A stretch of DNA of 32,000 nucleotides from Synechocystis sp. PCC 6803 substr. PCC-P (GCF_000284455.1 NC_017039.1:210001-242000); one strand, 5' to 3'; shown: positions 8,407 through 17,122, counted from the first letter of the stretch. Program-made: numbers and translations. Notes: a model not told the origin generated them from the letters alone.

Positions 8407-8709
8407 TTATCTCCCATCATCCCTCTTGTTGTAGAGGGAGCCACTAGCCACATTAACTGTGTCGATGATGCCCACCACCATGGCATCCAAAGGGCGATCG
8501 CCATTGCCCCGTTCCTTACGGGCGGCACTACCCCGGGCCACCAGCACCCATTCATTTAAGCCTGCACCTACCACATCCCCCGCCACTTCATAGCGTTCCA
8601 GGGGTTGACCTTTGGTGTCGAGGAACTGAACTAAAAGCAGCTTGACGCCGGTTAAGTTCGGTGTCTTCGATGTACTGACCACGGTCCCCAAAACTTTGGC
8701 AAGTTGCAT
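8407..8709 (-). CDS. ccmL: Carboxysome shell vertex (pentamer) protein CcmL, EutN/CcmL family
   Basis: A 100-aa product, MQLAKVLGTVVSTSKTPNLTGVKLLLVQFLD...GAGLNEWVLVARGSAAR, typical of CcmL/EutN. Its position between ccmK1 and ccmM fits the operon. Confidence 0.95.
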   Translation of the reverse strand: MQLAKVLGTVVSTSKTPNLTGVKLLLVQFLDTKGQPLERYEVAGDVVGAGLNEWVLVARGSAARKERGNGDRPLDAMVVGIIDTVNVASGSLYNKRDDGR

Positions 8710-8741
8710 GGCTTAATTGGGCTCAAAATTTATAGGGAAAA

Positions 8742-9077
8742 TTAACGGCGGATGATGGAAGGATTAACGATTTCCCGGAACTGTTCCACCGCCTCGGTGT
8801 AGCGAATGGGTAGCACATACTCCAGGTTTTCGTGGGGACGGGCAATAATGTGGTTAGACAAAACTTCACCACCGTTTACCCGACGGATGTTTTCAATGCC
8901 AGCGGTCACTGAGGCCTGTACCTCGGACACGTCACCCCGCACAATCACGGTGACTCGGCCGCTACCAATTTTTTCGTAGCCCACCAGGGTAACCCGGGCG
9001 GCTTTAACCATGGAGTCGGCGGCCTCCACAACGGCGGGAAACCCAAGGGTTTCGATCATCCCAACTGCAATTGACAT
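8742..9077 (-). CDS. ccmK1: Carboxysome shell hexamer protein CcmK1 (BMC-H domain, 111 aa)
   Basis: [57 protein letters not shown] is the canonical BMC domain. The longer C-terminal tail ([11 protein letters not shown]) distinguishes it from the upstream paralog. Confidence 0.95.
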   Translation of the reverse strand: MSIAVGMIETLGFPAVVEAADSMVKAARVTLVGYEKIGSGRVTVIVRGDVSEVQASVTAGIENIRRVNGGEVLSNHIIARPHENLEYVLPIRYTEAVEQFREIVNPSIIRR

Positions 9078-9103
9078 AGGTTTAAGTTACTCCCAGGGAA
9101 TAT

Positions 9104-9137
9104 CAAATCAAAAAATCAAAACTACGCTGATCAGCGT
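9104..9137 (-). terminator. Candidate weak intrinsic terminator or attenuator between ccmK2 and ccmK1
   Basis: The minus-strand RNA reads ACGCUGAUCAGCGU (a perfect 14-nt palindrome at 9124-9137, realistically a 5-bp GC-rich stem with a GAUC loop). It is followed immediately by AGUUUUGAUUUUUUGAUUU (9104-9123). Confidence 0.3.
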
Positions 9138-9205
9138 CCATTGCCCAGGCTCGGCAGTCCTGGCTATTCTGTGTAGTTGACTACCGATCGCCAAACAAAG
9201 GGGAA

Positions 9206-9517
9206 TTAATATGTCCGAAATTGTTCAACTTCTTCGGTATAGCGAATGGGGAGGACGTATTCCAGGTTTTCGTGGGGACGGGCAATGATGTGGGTAGAAA
9301 GCACTTCGCCACCGTTGACTCGGTTAGCGGCTTCGATACCAGCGGAAACAGAAGCTTGTACTTCGGAAACATCCCCCCGCACAATCACCGTGACCCGACC
9401 GCTACCAATTTTTTCGTAGCCCACCAGGGTGACCCGAGCGGCTTTAACCATGGAGTCGGCTGCTTCTACAACAGCGGGGAAGCCACGGGTTTCGATCATT
9501 CCAACTGCAATGGACAT
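9206..9517 (-). CDS. ccmK2: Carboxysome shell hexamer protein CcmK2 (BMC-H domain, 103 aa); first gene of the operon
   Basis: About 90% amino-acid identity to the downstream CcmK1 over the BMC domain, with a short tail (EQFRTY). An AGGAG lies 10 nt upstream of the ATG (complement of 9529-9533). Confidence 0.95.
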   Translation of the reverse strand: MSIAVGMIETRGFPAVVEAADSMVKAARVTLVGYEKIGSGRVTVIVRGDVSEVQASVSAGIEAANRVNGGEVLSTHIIARPHENLEYVLPIRYTEEVEQFRTY

Positions 9518-9978
9518 GGGGGATAGTCTCCTAGAATCGTGAAAGTGCGGGTAAAAGTTAGCAGGCGAGTTCGACTGTGGTCAGGGGCAGAGCCGGATCT
9601 GGCCATTCCCACCAAGGGATCAAAACCCAGAACCCGATTGATTGCCTAACAGTCCACAGTAACAGCTTTGGTGAACGGAAAAATCAAGAGAATTCAGAAT
9701 AGGTTTTAGCAACCCAAGATAAACCCCCGACACAAAAAGTATCGGCTCTTGACAGCTTTTCCTGCTGTTGAAGTTGAATTTAGGAGGATAAATAAAAAAT
9801 TTACGGAAATTTGATTATCTACCCTATGAAAAGCATAGGAAACCTTGGGCCCTTTGACAACATAAGGGATTATGATAATTTTTAATTCGACTATTCAGCA
9901 TTACTAATCAAAAATCAGGGGGCAATCGCCGCTTTTGATACACATTTGGATAGTTAATTAACCGATGGCTATGGCCAC

Positions 9979-11463
9979 CTAGGGGAGGTCTGTTTCCCCC
10001 ATTAAGTAAAGGTCACAGGCTTTGGCTGCCCCCCGACCTTCGTTGAAAGCCCAGACCACCAAACTTTGGCCCCGGCGACAGTCCCCCGCCGCAAATACCC
10101 CGGGAATACTGGTTTCATACTGACCGTATTCAGCTTTAATATTGCCCCGGGCATCTTTATCCAATTTCATTGCATCCAGCAGTTGACTTTCTGGTCCCAC
10201 AAACCCCATGGCTAGCAAGACTAATTGAGCTGGTCTGACCTGTTCCGTGCCAGCCACTTGCTGGGGAATAAATCGTCCCTGCCCATCCTTTTCCCAACGG
10301 ACATCGACGGTATGGACTGCTTTGACCCGCCCCTGGTCATCCCCTTCAATTTTGGTGGCAGTGGTGAGGTAACTGCGGGGATCATGGCCATAGACGGCGG
10401 CGGCTTCTTCCTGGCCGTAGTCCATTTTGTAAACCTTGGGCCATTCTGGCCAGGGGTTGTTGGCGGCCCGTTCCTCCGGGGGTTTGGGCATAATTTCCAA
10501 TTGCACTAGGCTTCTGCAACCGTGGCGGAGGGAAGTACCCACACAGTCGGTGCCGGTGTCCCCTCCACCGATAATTACCACGTCTTTATCCTTGGCACTA
10601 ATGAAATTCGGGCCGGGAGTTTTATCTAAAATTGCCTTAGTGTTGGCGGTCAAAAATTCCATGGCGAAGTGGATGCCTTCCAGTTCCCGACCGGCGATCG
10701 CCAAATCCCTGGGCTTAGTGGCACCGGTACAGAGCACCACCGCGTCGTAGTCCTTGAGTAGGGTTTCCGGGGGTAAATCCTTGCCAATTTCCGTATTGCA
10801 AACAAAGGTGACTCCCTCTGCTTCCAGCACGTTTAAGCGGCGTAGCACCACTTCTTCCTTATCCAGCTTCATATTGGGAATGCCGTACATAAGCAAACCG
10901 CCGGGGCGGTCTTCCCGTTCATAAACCGTTACCCAATGACCGGCTTTGTTTAACTGGGCGGCGGCGGCTAAACCAGCGGGGCCAGAACCAACTACGGCTA
11001 CTTTTTTCCCCGTGCGTTTTGCGGGCGGTTCCGGCGTTACCCAACCTTCCTGCCAACCCTTTTCGATGATGGAATATTCAATATTTTTGATGGTCACCGG
11101 AGGATTATTGATGCCCAACACACAGGAGCCTTCGCAGGGAGCGGGACAAACCCGGCCAGTAAATTCAGGAAAGTTATTAGTCTTGTGAAGCCGATCTAAA
11201 GCTTCCCGCCACAGCCCCCGATAGACTAGGTCATTAAATTCCGGGATGAGGTTATTGATTGGGCAACCACTGGCCATGCCACTGATCAAACTACCGGTGT
11301 GACAAAAGGGCGTGCCGCAATCCATGCAACGGGCTCCCTGGGTTTCCACCTGCTTATCGGGCATGGTCACATGGAATTCGTCCCAATTCCTCAGGCGATC
11401 GCCGGGGCTTAACTCTTGGGGAATTTCGCGGGTATATTCCAGAAAACCAGTGGGTTTGCCCAT
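9979..11463 (-). CDS. gltD: Glutamate synthase (NADH/NADPH) small subunit
   Basis: [31 protein letters not shown]...[12 protein letters not shown]...CPAPCEGSC supplies the Fe-S cysteine clusters. [17 protein letters not shown] is the dinucleotide-binding fold. The C-terminal [15 protein letters not shown] is typical of GltD. Confidence 0.93.
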   Translation of the reverse strand: MGKPTGFLEYTREIPQELSPGDRLRNWDEFHVTMPDKQVETQGARCMDCGTPFCHTGSLISGMASGCPINNLIPEFNDLVYRGLWREALDRLHKTNNFPEFTGRVCPAPCEGSCVLGINNPPVTIKNIEYSIIEKGWQEGWVTPEPPAKRTGKKVAVVGSGPAGLAAAAQLNKAGHWVTVYEREDRPGGLLMYGIPNMKLDKEEVVLRRLNVLEAEGVTFVCNTEIGKDLPPETLLKDYDAVVLCTGATKPRDLAIAGRELEGIHFAMEFLTANTKAILDKTPGPNFISAKDKDVVIIGGGDTGTDCVGTSLRHGCRSLVQLEIMPKPPEERAANNPWPEWPKVYKMDYGQEEAAAVYGHDPRSYLTTATKIEGDDQGRVKAVHTVDVRWEKDGQGRFIPQQVAGTEQVRPAQLVLLAMGFVGPESQLLDAMKLDKDARGNIKAEYGQYETSIPGVFAAGDCRRGQSLVVWAFNEGRGAAKACDLYLMGETDLP

Positions 11464-11741
11464 GCTCGTAGTTACCTCTTGTGGTGGGGGCGATCGCCGT
11501 AAATAAGGGATGTAAGCCTAGTTTAAAGCAGTTCCCAACCAATGGAGGGTAACTTTTATTGAGATTTGCTGGCCATGTTGCTTTTTGTTACAAACTTCCC
11601 CTCTGCCATTGGTACAAGTTACCAACAAAAATCCCTGGTGGGGCCATGGCCAAGCCCCGAACAACAATGATATTTTGGAATATGGGGCATTCAGACGGTC
11701 AAAGGTCGAAGTATTTTTAGCAAAAAATCAGCAATCAAACC

Positions 11742-13067
11742 ATGGTCAATCCCATTGTGGTGGCGGCTAAACAGGGTCAATGGCAACTAGTGCAAGAATA
11801 TTTATTCGCTGCCGCTTCAGACCAGGTTAACCAAAGGGACGAAAGGGGGCTGACGGTTTTGATGTACGCAGTAGCATCCCTGGAAATGACCACCGTCAAA
11901 CAATTGCTACAAGCGGGGGCTGACCCCAATCGCTCCCGGCCGCCCCATGGCATTACCCCCCTAATGTTGCTAGCGGGATTACAGTCCAACCCTAATAACC
12001 CTGAAAAAAATCCGGTTCAACAGGCGATCGCCGCAATGTTGATGGAATTTGGTGCCGAGGTGAATCAAGGTAATGATGACGGCACAACGGCGTTGATGAT
12101 GGCGGCCTATCGCAATAATTTACCTCTGGTGGAAACTTTACTAGCTGGAGGAGCCAGAGCCAAAATCCAAGACCAGCAGGGGACAACCGCCCTGGAATGG
12201 GCCATTAAACAGCAAAATTTGTCCATGGTTCGGAAGCTAATAGAGCACCACGCTCCGTTGGACCTCAGCGATGGGGATGGTAATTTACCCTTGACCCTGG
12301 CAATAAAAACAGGCGATCGAGTAATTGTTGACTATTTACTCCAAGCCGGTGCTCCCTGGGATCAGAATGGTTGGTTCACAGCGGTGGAGGAAGGAAACGT
12401 TGATCAGGTGAAAGCTTTCATCCAGGGCGGTTATCCCCTTACCCAGGCTGGGGATGGCGGCGATACAGCCTTACACATTGCTTGTTTAGAAGGTTACCAA
12501 TCCATGGTGACCATTCTGTTAGAAAAGGGCCCCAAAGATATGGTCAATGCCGTCAATCAAGCGGGGGACACGGCCTTACATTTGGCGATCGCCCAGGGAC
12601 ATGTGGAGATTGTGACCCAACTACTCAATGCCGGCGCCGACGGTAATTTTTCCAGCAATGGGGAACCGCCCCTCCTAACAGCCCTCACTGCCACCCATGG
12701 GAATGCCCAGACCCAAGCGGTCATGGTTAACGCCTTGGGCCGGGCAGGGGTTGACCTGGACCAAACCCTATGGGAAGGAAAAACCCCCTTAATGCTGGCA
12801 GCCATGGCAAATCTCGCTGCGGTGATTACCACCATCGCCAATTATTCTGTCCAAGTTAACCGTGGTGATCCCAACGGATCTACTGCCCTGATGTGGGCTT
12901 GCCATCGGGGCCACGGGGCGGCGGTAGAAGCCCTGCTGACTAATTTCCCCGCTTTAGACCTTAATCTCAAAAACCAGGGGGGCCAGACCGCCCTTGATTT
13001 AGCACGATTGAATCATCATGGGGCCATTGTGGCCTTGTTGGAATCCTATATTTCCCGCAGCGCTTGA
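11742..13067 (+). CDS. Ankyrin-repeat protein (about 12 ANK modules, no signal peptide)
   Basis: ANK consensus units recur throughout, for example GTTALMMAAYRNNLPLVETLLAGGARAK, GDTALHIACLEGYQSMVTILLEKG, GDTALHLAIAQGHVEIVTQLLNAGADGN and GSTALMWACHRGHGAAVEALL. Confidence 0.9.
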   Translation: MVNPIVVAAKQGQWQLVQEYLFAAASDQVNQRDERGLTVLMYAVASLEMTTVKQLLQAGADPNRSRPPHGITPLMLLAGLQSNPNNPEKNPVQQAIAAMLMEFGAEVNQGNDDGTTALMMAAYRNNLPLVETLLAGGARAKIQDQQGTTALEWAIKQQNLSMVRKLIEHHAPLDLSDGDGNLPLTLAIKTGDRVIVDYLLQAGAPWDQNGWFTAVEEGNVDQVKAFIQGGYPLTQAGDGGDTALHIACLEGYQSMVTILLEKGPKDMVNAVNQAGDTALHLAIAQGHVEIVTQLLNAGADGNFSSNGEPPLLTALTATHGNAQTQAVMVNALGRAGVDLDQTLWEGKTPLMLAAMANLAAVITTIANYSVQVNRGDPNGSTALMWACHRGHGAAVEALLTNFPALDLNLKNQGGQTALDLARLNHHGAIVALLESYISRSA

Positions 13068-13113
13068 TTATTGGTTAGTAAATTTATTCGATCTTAATTT
13101 CTCTTTTCCCACC

Positions 13114-13596
13114 ATGGTTAATTCCCTACCGTCTCCTCCCCAACCTTTGCCCGATCGCCTGCTGGGGGAAAGTTGGCAATTTGTCGCTCTCCCAGCCCAG
13201 GATATTTGGCCCTATTTTGGCGATCGCCCCATGCGTTATCAAGCCATGCCAGAGCATTTGTCCCCTCTCCGGCTTGGTTTAGCCGCAGATTTACCCATCC
13301 CCGGTGTGGTTATTTACGGTGGTCGCCAATGTCGTTTCATCGGTGAATGGTTGGCGGAACAACAACCCAAAAGCCTGGTTTACATTGCCGAAGATCCCCA
13401 ACAATCGGGGGGATTGGTGCTTCATACCCAAAACGGCGATCGATGGGTCATGGTCACCTTTAAGGATGGGGAAATGGCCACCGCAGCGGGGGTGTTCAGT
13501 CAGCGACAACAAAAAGCCAAGGGTTTACATTTTCTCTGGCTCCAACCGGATAATTCGGGGGTGACTACCACGGGGGTCTGGTTATTGCAAAAGTAA
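13114..13596 (+). CDS. Conserved hypothetical protein, possibly a stand-alone C-terminal half of the Tab2/Atab2 (DUF1092) RNA-binding fold
   Basis: The track ORF 13018..13596 overlaps the ankyrin gene. The internal ATG at 13114 (MVNSLPSPPQ) removes that overlap. The C-terminus ...QQKAKGLHFLWLQPDNSGVTTTGVWLLQK and the motif IPGVVIYGGR resemble my memory of the Tab2-family C-terminal region. The assignment is tentative. Confidence 0.55.
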   Translation: MVNSLPSPPQPLPDRLLGESWQFVALPAQDIWPYFGDRPMRYQAMPEHLSPLRLGLAADLPIPGVVIYGGRQCRFIGEWLAEQQPKSLVYIAEDPQQSGGLVLHTQNGDRWVMVTFKDGEMATAAGVFSQRQQKAKGLHFLWLQPDNSGVTTTGVWLLQK

Positions 13597-13672
13597 TAGA
13601 ACATTAGCATTTCCATTTTCAATTAAGCTCAAAGAACCTAGAAACTAGACCATGAATTTCTGAGTTTGGGAC

Positions 13673-14806
13673 ATGGTCGGGGCGATCGCCCGATGGGCAT
13701 CCCTTAAGATTGTGATGAACCCTAGACAGTTGACAAAGACAATGAATATTCAGTTTCTCGGTAACATTACAACGGCCATACTGCTAGCAGTAGTGCTACA
13801 GATTACCCTTTGGCCCTCAGCGGCCCAGGCCTGCACCAGAATTTTGTGGAATAACAATAAATTAGCTGTGGTGGTCGGCCGAACAATGGACTGGCCGGAA
13901 TCCACCGAGCCCGAGTTGATGGTTTTTCCCCAGGGCATCAAAAGAAATGGAGGCATGTTGGGGGACATGTTAGTGGTTAAAGACAACCCAGCCCAATGGA
14001 CTTCCAAATATGGCAGTGTAGTCACCACGGTTTATGGCATGGGTACGGTGGACGGCTTGAATGAAAAAGGACTGGGCATGCATATGCTTTACTTAACAGC
14101 GACGGATTTTGGCCCCCGCAATCCCAAGAAAGCCGGGGTACAGGCGGGACTGTGGGGACAATATTTACTGGACAATGCCGCCACTGTGAAGGAAGCCCTT
14201 GCGTTGATGAATGAGATTCAGCCGGTAATGGTTGCCCTGGATGATATGAAGGCAACGGTGCATTTAGCCATTGAAGATGCCAGTGGAGATTCGGCCATTC
14301 TGGAATACGTGGAGGGTAAGCTGGTTGTCCACCACGGCCCAGAGTATCGGGTGATGACGAACGATCCCACCTACGATCAACAATTGAAATTCTTGGAAAC
14401 TTGGGATTTTACCAATGCCACCCGCCAAACTCCCTTGCCTGGCAATGTGGATCCCAAAGATCGTTTTGTTCGGGCTAGCTATTACCAGATGATGTTGCCG
14501 GAACCGAAAACTGAACAGGAAGCCATTGCTGGTATTTTGGCGATCGCCCGCAATACTTCTGTTCCTTTTGGTGCCCCCAATAATATTCCTGGTTCTCTGT
14601 ATAACACGGAATATCGCACCGCCATTGACCTAACGAATCGTCGTTACTTTTTTGAGTTAACCACTAGCCCCAATGTCATTTGGGTCAACCTTGATCAACT
14701 TAATCTTGCCCCTGGTGCACCAGTGTTAAGTCTTGATCCTGATAATTTGGATCTGTCGGGAAATGTTACCGATAAATTTACTAAAGTGCTAAAAAGTCCA
14801 TTTTAG
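13673..14806 (+). CDS. Secreted Ntn-hydrolase of the choloylglycine hydrolase / linear amide C-N hydrolase family
   Basis: A signal peptide ends in AAQA directly before CTRILWNNNKLAVVVGRTMDW. That is the N-terminal nucleophile Cys and the GR(T/N)(M/F)D(W/Y) motif of bile-salt-hydrolase/penicillin-V-acylase-type enzymes. Possible starts are ATG 13673, 13715 (the best signal-peptide n-region, MNPRQLTKT...) or 13742. Confidence 0.8.
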   Translation: MVGAIARWASLKIVMNPRQLTKTMNIQFLGNITTAILLAVVLQITLWPSAAQACTRILWNNNKLAVVVGRTMDWPESTEPELMVFPQGIKRNGGMLGDMLVVKDNPAQWTSKYGSVVTTVYGMGTVDGLNEKGLGMHMLYLTATDFGPRNPKKAGVQAGLWGQYLLDNAATVKEALALMNEIQPVMVALDDMKATVHLAIEDASGDSAILEYVEGKLVVHHGPEYRVMTNDPTYDQQLKFLETWDFTNATRQTPLPGNVDPKDRFVRASYYQMMLPEPKTEQEAIAGILAIARNTSVPFGAPNNIPGSLYNTEYRTAIDLTNRRYFFELTTSPNVIWVNLDQLNLAPGAPVLSLDPDNLDLSGNVTDKFTKVLKSPF

Positions 14807-14832
14807 AAATTTGCCTAAAAATGCCCAATAAC

Positions 14833-14849
14833 CTCCCAAGTTTTGGGAG
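14833..14849. terminator. Hairpin between convergent genes (possible bidirectional terminator)
   Basis: CTCCCAA-GTT-TTGGGAG is a perfect 7-bp stem with a 3-nt loop. It lies 27 nt after the hydrolase stop and 48 nt after the nuclease stop. The minus-strand version is followed by GUUAUUGGGCAUUUUUAGG. Confidence 0.35.
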
Positions 14850-14896
14850 AAATGAGATCAAATTTTCCCAGTATTGCCCAACATCTGGTTGACTAA

Positions 14897-16363
14897 TTAA
14901 GCCGGGCCAGCAAAAAATTTCGTTAACCAATCCTTTAAAATCCAGGTGGCTCGGCAATCATCTTCGTTATAGCGCAAAATTAATTCCAAAAATTGGCGAT
15001 CGCCAGTGGTTAACCAATTGTCATACCAACAGACCGACTGATCACCGCTGGCCTGGGCATCCCGCCATTGAAAACCTAACCAACTCGCTAGGGACTTGAG
15101 GGAATAACTTTCCACCGGGCAGATCACATGGTTGACCACATAATGATGTAAATCAAAACATTGTTCGAGGATTTTTTCCCGTACTTTTGGGGGCGTTCCA
15201 TAAAGTTTTCCTAATCTCTTGATTGTTTCCCTTTCATACTCAGAAAAGTGATAAATGGGAGCATTAGGATAGGTCTGGATTAACTGGACAAATTCCTGCC
15301 AAATTAAGCCTTCTTCTTCGGGATCTTTGGCCATAAAACCATAGAATTTTTCCGTTTTTTGCCCATGGTCAACCACCACTACCCCCAGCAGATAATCCAA
15401 ATTTCGTTCCGGTTCCGCTTCAATGTCGAAATATAATTCCACTGGCGATCGGGGTAGGGGATAAACTTTTTTCTCCTTCGCCATGGCCCGTTTTTCCACT
15501 AAAGCCAAGGCCTGTTGTTGTAATTGTTCGGCGATCGCCGTGCCCATTAATTCGGCCACTTGCTGGGTTTGCAGTCGGGCGAGGGAATCAATGGTCAAAA
15601 CCCCCACCATTTGTAATGATTCGTAGCGGCTGGGGGTAACACCGGGTACCAAGGAAAGATGTTGTTGCTCCTGGGCAATGGCGTAGCAATGGTCATACCA
15701 GTGGCAGAGATTACATCGTTGGCGAGAAATAAATACCTCTGGTTCCCGCTGATGAATTAGGGTTTGCACACAGTCGGCTAGGGTTTGGTGAAAACGGGGC
15801 AACCATTCCAACAAATCCACCGAGTAAGAATTACCCCGCCGCAAAATAATTTCTACCCAACGGGGCAATGGTCCTTGATGTACCGCCAACAACTGGGCAT
15901 AGAAGGCGGCTAGAATTTTGTACTCCGGTTTTGGCCGACGACCCAATTGGATACTCACTGGCCGATATTGCCATGGCCCCCAACGGGATTCACCAGGAAC
16001 TTTAACCAATAAATGGGGATGGCCCAACAGTTCCAGCATTGGTAAATGGCCGTTGTTGTCGGTGTGCAAATTGACCGGCAAACTGTGGTAAAGACAACCC
16101 CGATAGATGCAATCTACCCCCTGGGCCATTAGGGTTTTGGTTTCCTGGGCCCGTTCTTGGCCAAGATAGGTGGGGGTTTCCGGTTCCCGATAATGGGGAA
16201 ATTGTTCCTCCAGAACTTCCTGGATATGTCTTTGACTTTCTTGACGCAGCTTAAGCAAAAAGTCCCGCTCCGGGCGGCGCTCCTCACTGGAGCCGTGGGT
16301 GTTGAGATAGGCCCGGCGTTGACAACGCTTATAATCCAGCAAAAGAGAGTCGGTGACTAACAT
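14897..16363 (-). CDS. TM0106-type RecB-family (Cas4-like) nuclease fused to a C-terminal RNase-H-like exonuclease domain
   Basis: The N-terminus MLVTDSLLLDYKRCQRRAYL plus the CNLCHWYDHC (Cx2Cx5C) cluster match the Cas4/AddB-type Fe-S nuclease layout. A helix-hairpin-helix-like segment follows (GVTPSRYESLQMVGVLTIDSLARL). The C-terminal motifs YFDIEAEP, HFSEYERETIKRL, SYSLKSLASWLGF and YNEDDCRAT are typical of the RNase-H-fold exonuclease part of this family. The track ORF extends to 16390; I prefer the ATG at 16363. Confidence 0.75.
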   Translation of the reverse strand: MLVTDSLLLDYKRCQRRAYLNTHGSSEERRPERDFLLKLRQESQRHIQEVLEEQFPHYREPETPTYLGQERAQETKTLMAQGVDCIYRGCLYHSLPVNLHTDNNGHLPMLELLGHPHLLVKVPGESRWGPWQYRPVSIQLGRRPKPEYKILAAFYAQLLAVHQGPLPRWVEIILRRGNSYSVDLLEWLPRFHQTLADCVQTLIHQREPEVFISRQRCNLCHWYDHCYAIAQEQQHLSLVPGVTPSRYESLQMVGVLTIDSLARLQTQQVAELMGTAIAEQLQQQALALVEKRAMAKEKKVYPLPRSPVELYFDIEAEPERNLDYLLGVVVVDHGQKTEKFYGFMAKDPEEEGLIWQEFVQLIQTYPNAPIYHFSEYERETIKRLGKLYGTPPKVREKILEQCFDLHHYVVNHVICPVESYSLKSLASWLGFQWRDAQASGDQSVCWYDNWLTTGDRQFLELILRYNEDDCRATWILKDWLTKFFAGPA

Positions 16364-17122
16364 ATCGCCCCAACGACCACTAGCTGGCAATTATTTCGGT
16401 TTACTGTGCCCCCATGGTTACTATTCTGTCGGGGAAATTCGCTGAGATCATCCACAAAGTTCACAAATCAAAAATTTTGCCTTAGTCAACCCCCATTATT
16501 CTACGAAAATGATTAATTTATTGCCGACATGACGCCCTCTTACTGCCACCAATGGGGATGGGCTGACAGAAAAAGTACATAGCTCGGAATGGCAAATTAA
16601 CTATATCCAGTTGGAACGGGGTTAATTCCAGGCAGAGATTTTGAACTGTCCATGGTCTGATATGTAGCTAATCCGGGTACAACACAATCAGGTAATTAGA
16701 TCTATGGGAATCTCACTGTCGAGAAAGGTGGCGATCGCCCTTGGACTGTTTGCGAGCTGTGTCAAAAATTTTGTGTTAGTGAACGAACCCTACGTTAAGA
16801 CTTGCAAGAAACTTTTGGTATTGGCTCAAAAGCCTATTTGCAGACCGACAAACTCCATAGAGCTAGACGATAATTAAACTTAGCTGCCCCGGGGCAAACC
16901 ACCGTTACGGCGATCGCCTTCACAGATGTGTCAGGATTCAATCAACAGTTAACGGATCAAATGTCGGCATTTTGCCAAGTTGCTTCCCCGGTGAACGAAA
17001 AAGGGACAAAATTCGCTCCCAATCAACCAGCCCATCGGGATTACACAGCGGCAGCCATGGTCCGTACTCTTAATTGCTTAGCCGAAGGAGCTAAGTAAGA
17101 AAATTAACCTATCTAGAATTTT

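Noticed and set aside
8502-10693. A HIP1-free stretch of 2.2 kb covering ccmK1, ccmK2 and their upstream region. Shorter HIP1-free stretches occur at 16918-18551, 20083-21768 and 24026-24989. These could be a signature of foreign DNA.
   Set aside because: With about one HIP1 per 0.9 kb, gaps of this size are expected by chance. The ccmK genes are undoubtedly core. Only for the 24-kb cassette does the gap coincide with other oddities, and there it is used only as supporting evidence.
11464-11741. I searched the gltD / ankyrin divergent promoter region for an NtcA box (GTA-N8-TAC), since glutamate synthase is a nitrogen-assimilation gene.
   Set aside because: Only imperfect matches were found (for example GTAgttacctcTTG and GTAcaagtTAC with wrong spacing). 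No site meets the consensus.
16910-16945. The peptide TAIAFTDVSGF in the orphan open frame looked like the start of a class III adenylate/guanylate cyclase catalytic domain (FxDxxGFT).
   Set aside because: The downstream sequence does not continue with the expected cyclase motifs (no GD.....F and no second metal Asp context). The resemblance rests on about 6 residues, which is too weak to call a cyclase remnant.
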